DNA of 64,000 nucleotides from Bacillales bacterium UBA6259 (GTDB lineage: Bacteria > Bacillota > Bacilli > Tepidibacillales > Tepidibacillaceae), in NCBI GenBank assembly GCA_002441135.1, contig DJVJ01000047.1, forward strand, positions 49,078-113,077. The letters are read 5' to 3'. Numbering within the stretch: the first letter of the stretch is position 1; every line of letters begins with the position of its first letter. The notes beneath the pieces were generated by a model. It searched no databases. It was given only the letters and a program-made list of their open reading frames with translations, and was not told where the DNA came from. The position numbers and the translations under genes were made by a program. Positions 18,673 through 25,239 of the stretch are shown here, in pieces.

Positions 18673-19407
18673 GTGGTGGAAAAGCTAATTGAGATTCAAC
18701 ATTTAATTAAATCCTTTGGAACTCACGAGGTGCTAAAAGATATCGATTTTTCGGTAAGCAAAGGAGAAGTCGTTTGTATCATCGGATCTTCAGGATCTGG
18801 TAAATCAACCCTTCTTCGCTGTGTTAATCTTTTAGAAACACCAAGTGGTGGTCAAATCATCTATAAAGGGGAAAATATTTTAGATGATAAGCATGATATC
18901 TATGAATACCGCACAAAGCTAGGAATGGTTTTTCAACAATTTAATTTGTTTAATAATCATGACGTGTTAAGTAACTGTGTCGTTGGCCAAATGAAAGTAT
19001 TGAAGCGTACAAAAGAAGAGGCAGAAAAGGTGGCAATGAAATATTTGAAAGTGGTTGGAATGGAGCAATTTATCCATGCTAAACCAAAGCAGCTATCCGG
19101 TGGCCAAAAACAACGCGTTGCCATTGCTAGAGCACTTTCAATGGAACCAGATGTGATGCTATTTGATGAGCCAACATCAGCCTTAGATCCAGAGATGGTA
19201 GGAGAAGTATTAAAGGTAATGAAGGAGTTAGCCGAATCTGGTCTTACTATGTTAATCGTGACTCATGAAATGGGATTTGCAAAAGAAGTGGCCGACCGAG
19301 TCGTGTTTATGGACAAAGGAGTTATTGCAGAAGAGGGAACTCCAGAGCTTATTTTCAATAATCCAACTCAAGAACGAACAAGGGAATTTTTGAAGAGGAC
19401 TTTGTAG
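18673..19407 (+). CDS. Amino-acid ABC transporter ATP-binding protein (GlnQ type)
   Basis: Walker [10 protein letters not shown], signature LSGGQKQR, Walker [15 protein letters not shown] start after GGAAGGAGG. Confidence 0.9.
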   Translation: MVEKLIEIQHLIKSFGTHEVLKDIDFSVSKGEVVCIIGSSGSGKSTLLRCVNLLETPSGGQIIYKGENILDDKHDIYEYRTKLGMVFQQFNLFNNHDVLSNCVVGQMKVLKRTKEEAEKVAMKYLKVVGMEQFIHAKPKQLSGGQKQRVAIARALSMEPDVMLFDEPTSALDPEMVGEVLKVMKELAESGLTMLIVTHEMGFAKEVADRVVFMDKGVIAEEGTPELIFNNPTQERTREFLKRTL

Positions 19408-19447
19408 TATAGATAAAATAGATGAAAAGGTAAAAAAAGGTAAAAGT

Positions 19448-19478
19448 AAGGTAAAAGGGGCCAGGCCCCTTTTACCTT
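19448..19478. repeat. GC-core palindrome copy 2 (GGTAAAAGGGGCC-A-GGCCCCTTTTACC)
   Basis: Perfect 15-bp arms around a central A at 19463. Preceded by tandem GGTAAAA half-arm copies (19429-19456). T-run downstream. Confidence 0.85.
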
Positions 19479-19513
19479 TTTTTGGATAGAGTTGAAGAAA
19501 GATTTAATAAGTT

Positions 19514-19560
19514 TCCAAAAGTTGACAAAAGGGGCCTGGCCCCTTTTGTCAACTTTTGGA
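19514..19560. repeat. GC-core palindrome copy 3 (47-nt perfect palindrome)
   Basis: TCCAAAAGTTGACAAAAGGGGCC-T-GGCCCCTTTTGTCAACTTTTGGA, with 23-bp perfect arms centred on T 19537. Confidence 0.9.
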
Positions 19561-19569
19561 TTACCTCTC

Positions 19570-19618
19570 TTTACGAAAAATCAAATTGGCTATATAATAT
19601 ATTTCGTATACGAAATAT
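19570..19618 (+). promoter_or_regulatory. marR promoter with overlapping 20-bp perfect palindromic operator
   Basis: TTTACG-17 nt-TATAAT (19593-19598). ATATTTCGTATACGAAATAT palindrome at 19599-19618. An extra TACGAAA half-site overlaps the -35 element. Confidence 0.55.
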
Positions 19619-19637
19619 TTGTACGCGAAGGAGTTAA

Positions 19638-20090
19638 ATGATGGAAGAACATAATAATGGACTAAAGGTAGTAAAAGAGCTAAAACAGATCATGGATACC
19701 GTTAAACAACATATGGAAAATGAGTTCAAGGAAATCAACTTGACGGGAACACAAGGGATGTTAGTTGGAACTCTTGCTCACCAAGGGGAAATGAAAATTA
19801 GTGACCTAAGCAAGCGGATGGGTTTATCCAATAGTACAATTTCTGGAATTGTGGATCGGTTGGAGAAACAAGGAATTGTAGAAAGAATCAGAAGTGAAGA
19901 GGACCGTAGGGTAGTTTGGGTTAATGTAACCTCTGATTTTAGGAAAATAGCCAAATCACATATTCATAAAGTAGAGGGAAATTTTGCTCTTATGATGAAT
20001 GAATCAACACCAGAAGAGATTGAAAAAATTTATGATGGTTTAAATTTATTAAAAAAGTTAATGGAGAAACACCTAAAGAGGAAGGAGTAG
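19638..20090 (+). CDS. MarR-family transcriptional regulator
   Basis: 150 aa. Winged-helix segment MKISDLSKRMGLSNSTISGIVDRLEKQGIVERIRSEEDRR. Confidence 0.85.
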   Translation: MMEEHNNGLKVVKELKQIMDTVKQHMENEFKEINLTGTQGMLVGTLAHQGEMKISDLSKRMGLSNSTISGIVDRLEKQGIVERIRSEEDRRVVWVNVTSDFRKIAKSHIHKVEGNFALMMNESTPEEIEKIYDGLNLLKKLMEKHLKRKE

Positions 20091-20097
20091 AGAATCT

Positions 20098-22323
20098 ATG
20101 TTAAAACTAGCAAAATATTTAAAGCCCTATATGGGATTACTTTTAATTGCTATTGCCTTTCTTTTTGTTCAAGCAATTGCTGATTTATCCTTACCTGATT
20201 ATATGTCTAATATTGTTAATACGGGTATTCAGCAGGGCGGAGTGGAGAATGCTGTTCCAGAGGCTATCCGACAAAAGGAAATGAATAAATTGAGCCTCTT
20301 TATGGATGAAGAGGAACAGAATGAGGTATTTAAAAGATACCAACTCGTTGACTCTAAAAGCTCTGATTATGAATTATATCTCAAACAATACCCAGTGCTT
20401 AGTCAGGAGTCTATTTATGTTTTGGATGAAGTTGATCAAGCTGAAATTGATTTACTCAATCCTATCATGGGTAAAGCATTTCTAACTGTTTCTGGAATTG
20501 AGAGAATGAAAAGTGAAGCAAAGGATGGGATGATGGACTTTAATGGGCAAAAAATCCCTGCAGATACGGATCTTTTCGCGATTCTGTCTACTCTTCCAGC
20601 AGAACAACGACTGGAAGTAAAAGAGCAGATAAATGAAAAATTTACGGTACTTGATGATCAAATGATAATTCAGGCTGCGGCTGCTCCAGTGAAGGCAGAG
20701 TATGAAGCATTAGGGATGGACACTGAAAAAATCCAAAATAAATACATTATCAATACAGGAATAATCATGCTACTTATCTCTTTAATAAGTGCTGTTGCGA
20801 TTGTGATTGTTGGTTTCTTATCTTCTAAGACGGCAGCTGGTTTATCTCGCAATTTACGTAGAGACATCTTTCAAAAGGTAGAAAACTTTTCAAAGACAGA
20901 GATAGACCAATTTTCTACGGCATCCCTGATAACAAGGACAACAAATGATATCACGCAAATCCAAATGTTAATCGTGATGATGATTCGAATGGTGATCTAT
21001 GCCCCAATTTTAGGGGTTGGAGGCGTCATTAAGGCCATCGATAAAAGCCCATCTATGTCATGGATTATCGCGGTTGCTGTGATTGCTCTTTTAGTTTTAA
21101 TAGCAGCTGTATTTGTTGTTGCACTACCAAAGTTTAAGCTGATTCAAAAGCTAGTCGATCGATTAAATCTTGTTACTCGTGAAAATTTGTCTGGGATGAT
21201 GGTAATAAGAGCGTTTAATACGCAAAAATTTGAAGAAAAACGATTTGATCAGGCTAATCAAGATTTAACAAAAATAAATCTTTTTGTGAGCCGGGTAATG
21301 GTAGTTATGTTTCCAACGATGATGCTGATTATGAACGGCGTTGTGTTACTCATTGTTTGGGTAGGGGCACATCAAATTGAAACTTCTAGTATGCAGGTTG
21401 GTGATATGATGGCATTTATGCAATATGCAATGCAGATTATCTTTGCCTTCTTGATGATGTCCTTTATGTTTATTATGATTCCAAGAGCTTCTGTATCTGC
21501 TCAACGAATTGCGGAAGTATTAGAGATAGAAGAGGATATTAAAGACCCGAAGCAGCCAAAAGATTTTATCAAGGAGCTAAAGGGAGTAATAGAGTTTAGA
21601 AATGTATCCTTTAAGTATACGGGTGCTGAGGAAAATATGCTTAAAAATATTAGTTTTACGGCATTACCTGGTCAAACCACGGCTTTTATCGGTTCTACGG
21701 GATCAGGAAAAACAACTTTAGTAAACTTAATACCTCGATTTTATGATGTGACTGAGGGGCAAGTTCTAGTAGACGGGGTTGATGTAAGAGAAACAACACA
21801 GTTTGCACTAAGGGAAAAAATAGGTTATGTTCCACAGAAAAGCTCACTATTTAGTGGAACCATTGAATCAAATTTAAAATATGCCAATGAAGAAGCCACT
21901 GATAAAGATTTACAACAAGCAGCTGAAATTGCACAAGCCATGGATTTTATTGTGGAGAAGCCAGAACATTTTGCAAGGGAGATATCTCAAGGAGGCACAA
22001 ATGTATCTGGAGGACAAAAGCAAAGATTATCGATTGCCCGCGCAATAGTAAAAAAACCGGATATTTATATATTTGATGATAGCTTTTCTGCGTTAGATTA
22101 CAAGACAGATATTGCCTTAAGAAGGGCCCTAAAAAATCATACGGAAAAGAGCACTGTTCTGATTGTTGCTCAACGAATTTCAACGATAATGAATGCGGAC
22201 CAAATCATTGTTCTTGATGAGGGTAAAGTTGTATGTAAGGGAACACATAAGGAATTATTAGAGAAATGTCAAACCTATCAAGAGATTGCTTATTCACAGC
22301 TCTCAAAGGAGGAGTTAGCATGA
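20098..22323 (+). CDS. ABC exporter, fused permease/ATPase half-transporter with a ~190-aa extracytoplasmic insert after TM1
   Basis: Walker A GSTGSGKTT, signature VSGGQKQR, Walker B IYIFDDSFSALD. Six TM segments. Long hydrophilic loop between TM1 and TM2. Confidence 0.85.
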   Translation: MLKLAKYLKPYMGLLLIAIAFLFVQAIADLSLPDYMSNIVNTGIQQGGVENAVPEAIRQKEMNKLSLFMDEEEQNEVFKRYQLVDSKSSDYELYLKQYPVLSQESIYVLDEVDQAEIDLLNPIMGKAFLTVSGIERMKSEAKDGMMDFNGQKIPADTDLFAILSTLPAEQRLEVKEQINEKFTVLDDQMIIQAAAAPVKAEYEALGMDTEKIQNKYIINTGIIMLLISLISAVAIVIVGFLSSKTAAGLSRNLRRDIFQKVENFSKTEIDQFSTASLITRTTNDITQIQMLIVMMIRMVIYAPILGVGGVIKAIDKSPSMSWIIAVAVIALLVLIAAVFVVALPKFKLIQKLVDRLNLVTRENLSGMMVIRAFNTQKFEEKRFDQANQDLTKINLFVSRVMVVMFPTMMLIMNGVVLLIVWVGAHQIETSSMQVGDMMAFMQYAMQIIFAFLMMSFMFIMIPRASVSAQRIAEVLEIEEDIKDPKQPKDFIKELKGVIEFRNVSFKYTGAEENMLKNISFTALPGQTTAFIGSTGSGKTTLVNLIPRFYDVTEGQVLVDGVDVRETTQFALREKIGYVPQKSSLFSGTIESNLKYANEEATDKDLQQAAEIAQAMDFIVEKPEHFAREISQGGTNVSGGQKQRLSIARAIVKKPDIYIFDDSFSALDYKTDIALRRALKNHTEKSTVLIVAQRISTIMNADQIIVLDEGKVVCKGTHKELLEKCQTYQEIAYSQLSKEELA

Positions 22324-24194
22324 GCGAGAAAAATGAAAACAAAATGAAAAACTCTCGCGACCAGAGAGCACAAAAAGGAATGGGATTCGGACCAGGACAT
22401 GGCATGGGTGGAGAAAAAGCTCGAGATTTTAAAGGAACAATGAAGAAATTAATTGGTTATTTAAGTGTGTATAAGATGTCCATTTTTATTGTCGTATTTT
22501 TTGCAATCATGAGTGCTAGTTTTATGATTGTTGGCCCCAAAATTCTTGGAAATGCAACTACTATACTCTTTGAAGGGGTTATGGCGAAAATCGGAGGAAC
22601 TGGAAGTATTGATTTTCAAGCAATTGGCAGAATTATGCTTACTTTAATTGGGTTATATTTATTAAGTTCATTATTTGGTTATATCCAAGGATGGATCATG
22701 TCTGGAGTGTCTATGAAGGTAAGCTATAACTTAAGAAGAGATATTTCCGAAAAAATTAACAGGATGCCATTTCGTTATTTTGATAATACCAACCATGGGG
22801 AAATTCTTTCCCGTGTCACCAACGATGTAGATACTTTAAGTCAAACCTTAAATCAGAGCTTAGGTCAAATTATTACCTCAGTAACGACTGTCATTGGTGT
22901 TTTGATTATGATGTTTACCATCAGCTGGCAAATGACGTTGGCATCCCTAGGAACAATACCCTTATCGATGATATTAATGCTAGTCATAATAAAAAAATCG
23001 CAAAAATATTTTAAACAACAACAAGATTATTTGGGGAATATGAATGGTCATGTGGAAGAAATCTATGGTGCCCATTTGGTGGTTAAGGCATTTAATGGGG
23101 AAAAGAAGAGTACAGAGAAGTTTGATGAGATTAACGGAAACCTATATGGAGCGGCATGGAAGTCACAGTTTTTAACCAGTATTATGATGCCATTGATGAA
23201 TTTTGTTGGCAATTTAGGCTATGTTGTCATTAGTATTTTAGGGGGATATCTGGCAGTCAAAAGGACTATTGAGGTAGGAGATATTCAAGCCTTTATTCAA
23301 TATGTTCGTCAGTTTACTCAGCCTGTTGCTCAACTAGCCAATATCTCTAATATTCTACAGCAAACAGCAGCATCTGCAGAACGTGTCTTTGAGTTTTTAG
23401 AAGAAGAGGAAGAAACTAAGGAAACATTGAAGCCTGTGAAACCAGATAATATCCAGGGTCAGGTGGAATTTAACCATGTTCATTTTGGTTATAAGGCAGA
23501 TCAAACGGTAATCAATGATTTTTCAGTTACCATAAAACCAGGACAAAAGGTGGCCATTGTTGGTCTAACTGGTGCTGGAAAGACTACAATTGTAAAGCTA
23601 TTGATGCGATTCTATGATGTTAATGAAGGATCCATTATGATTGATGGTCATGATATTAGAGATTTTAATCGCAATGATTTAAGGTCGTTGTTCGGAATGG
23701 TTCTTCAGGATACATGGCTTTATAATACAAGTATTCTAGAAAATATACGTTACGGTCGATTGGATGCCACAGATGAAGAAGTAATTGCTGCAGCCAAGGC
23801 AGCCTATGTGGATAGCTTTGTGCATACGTTACCAGATGGCTATCAGATGATTCTTAATGAAGAAGCCAATAATGTTTCTCAAGGCCAGAAGCAATTAATT
23901 ACAATTGCAAGAGCGATTCTTGCTGATCCCAAAATTCTTATTCTTGATGAGGCTACTAGCTCTGTAGATACTCGGACAGAGATTCGAATTCAAAAGGCGA
24001 TGAACAACTTGATGATCAACCGCACCAGTTTTATCATCGCTCACCGACTATCTACCATTCGAGATGCGGATCTAATTTTAGTGATGGATCATGGTGATAT
24101 TGTTGAAAAAGGTACCCACCAAGAGCTATTAAATAAAGGTGGATTCTATTCCAGTCTATATTCTAGCCAATTCGAGGTTCTAGCTGCTAACTAA
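22320..24194 (+). CDS. ABC exporter, fused permease/ATPase half-transporter (partner of the preceding gene)
   Basis: ATGA start/stop overlap at 22320-22323. Walker A GLTGAGKTT, signature-like VSQGQKQL, Walker B LILDEATSSVD. Confidence 0.85.
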   Translation: MSEKNENKMKNSRDQRAQKGMGFGPGHGMGGEKARDFKGTMKKLIGYLSVYKMSIFIVVFFAIMSASFMIVGPKILGNATTILFEGVMAKIGGTGSIDFQAIGRIMLTLIGLYLLSSLFGYIQGWIMSGVSMKVSYNLRRDISEKINRMPFRYFDNTNHGEILSRVTNDVDTLSQTLNQSLGQIITSVTTVIGVLIMMFTISWQMTLASLGTIPLSMILMLVIIKKSQKYFKQQQDYLGNMNGHVEEIYGAHLVVKAFNGEKKSTEKFDEINGNLYGAAWKSQFLTSIMMPLMNFVGNLGYVVISILGGYLAVKRTIEVGDIQAFIQYVRQFTQPVAQLANISNILQQTAASAERVFEFLEEEEETKETLKPVKPDNIQGQVEFNHVHFGYKADQTVINDFSVTIKPGQKVAIVGLTGAGKTTIVKLLMRFYDVNEGSIMIDGHDIRDFNRNDLRSLFGMVLQDTWLYNTSILENIRYGRLDATDEEVIAAAKAAYVDSFVHTLPDGYQMILNEEANNVSQGQKQLITIARAILADPKILILDEATSSVDTRTEIRIQKAMNNLMINRTSFIIAHRLSTIRDADLILVMDHGDIVEKGTHQELLNKGGFYSSLYSSQFEVLAAN

Positions 24195-24200
24195 AAAGGA

Positions 24201-24241
24201 AGAAAAAGGTAAAAGGGGCCAGGCCCCTTTTACCTTTTTCT
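24201..24241. repeat. GC-core palindrome copy 4 (20-bp arms)
   Basis: AGAAAAAGGTAAAAGGGGCC-A-GGCCCCTTTTACCTTTTTCT centred on A 24221, 7 nt after the ABC gene stop. Confidence 0.9.
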
Positions 24242-24345
24242 GGTATATGAAATGTAACAAAATGTTAAAGAATAATTTTTATGCTGTATTGTATGGTATA
24301 ATGTGGCTGCCATATTTTAGATAAAATAAGTGGGGAGTGAAAGGA

Positions 24346-25092
24346 ATGAAGAATAAAGATTTAAAATATAGTCTTATTTTTACATTAGTAGGTATTATTG
24401 CGGGGGGAATATTAGGCTATTATCAAGTTTTAATCGCGACTGATGAACTAAAAAGTCAGTTGAGTGCTCAACTCGGTTCTTTGGAGATGTTAATTGTGGT
24501 AACAGCAATTCAGGCCGCGGTATTTACTTTTATTTCTACCTTTTTTGGGCTTAAACTAGCAAGAAGGTTAAATTTAAGATTATACGCTAAGCTGGATACT
24601 TCAAGTATGATTTTAGTTAGTGTAATTGCTTTTATTATCTCCTTTGTAATTACCTTCTCAGATAAATTTATCTTCGCAACATATTTACCAGAAGCAGAAA
24701 ACTATCAATTTTCGCTTTTATATTTTATTTCTAGTCTTTTATATGGTGGTATTATTGAGGAGCTAATGCTACGACTGTTTTTTATGTCGTTGCTAATCTG
24801 GATTGGCTGGAAGCTTTTTGCTAAGTCAAAGGACAGTTTAGCAATCCCAAGTTGGATATACATTAGTGGAATTATTGTTGCAGCTATTCTTTTTGGATTA
24901 GGTCATCTACCTGCTACAGCACAGCTTATGGATCTATCAGCACCAATTGTAATTAGAGCGATTGTTTTAAATGGAATCGGTGGGATTGGATTTGGGTATC
25001 TATACTGGAAGGTTGGTCTTTCACATGCGATGTATGCACATATGCTGACCCATATTATTAACCAGCTAATTTTTATGCCGCTGTTATTTTAA
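24346..25092 (+). CDS. CPBP-family intramembrane metalloprotease (CAAX protease / Abi-type)
   Basis: Polytopic membrane ORF with GGIIEELMLRLFF (EExxxR motif), LFGLGHL and YAHMLTH motifs. Confidence 0.8.
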   Translation: MKNKDLKYSLIFTLVGIIAGGILGYYQVLIATDELKSQLSAQLGSLEMLIVVTAIQAAVFTFISTFFGLKLARRLNLRLYAKLDTSSMILVSVIAFIISFVITFSDKFIFATYLPEAENYQFSLLYFISSLLYGGIIEELMLRLFFMSLLIWIGWKLFAKSKDSLAIPSWIYISGIIVAAILFGLGHLPATAQLMDLSAPIVIRAIVLNGIGGIGFGYLYWKVGLSHAMYAHMLTHIINQLIFMPLLF

Positions 25093-25103
25093 TTATAAAT
25101 GTT

Positions 25104-25144
25104 AAAAACTGGTAAAAGGGGCCTGGCCCCTTTTACCAGTTTTT
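25104..25144. repeat. GC-core palindrome copy 5 (20-bp arms)
   Basis: AAAAACTGGTAAAAGGGGCC-T-GGCCCCTTTTACCAGTTTTT centred on T 25124, 12 nt after the CPBP gene stop. Confidence 0.9.
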
Positions 25145-25239
25145 GTTAGTTATTCGTTAATTTTTGTTACTAGCGATCAAGTGGAATGCAAGTTATACTG
25201 AGATGAGAACTAGAGACAATGACAAAAGGTGATTACATA

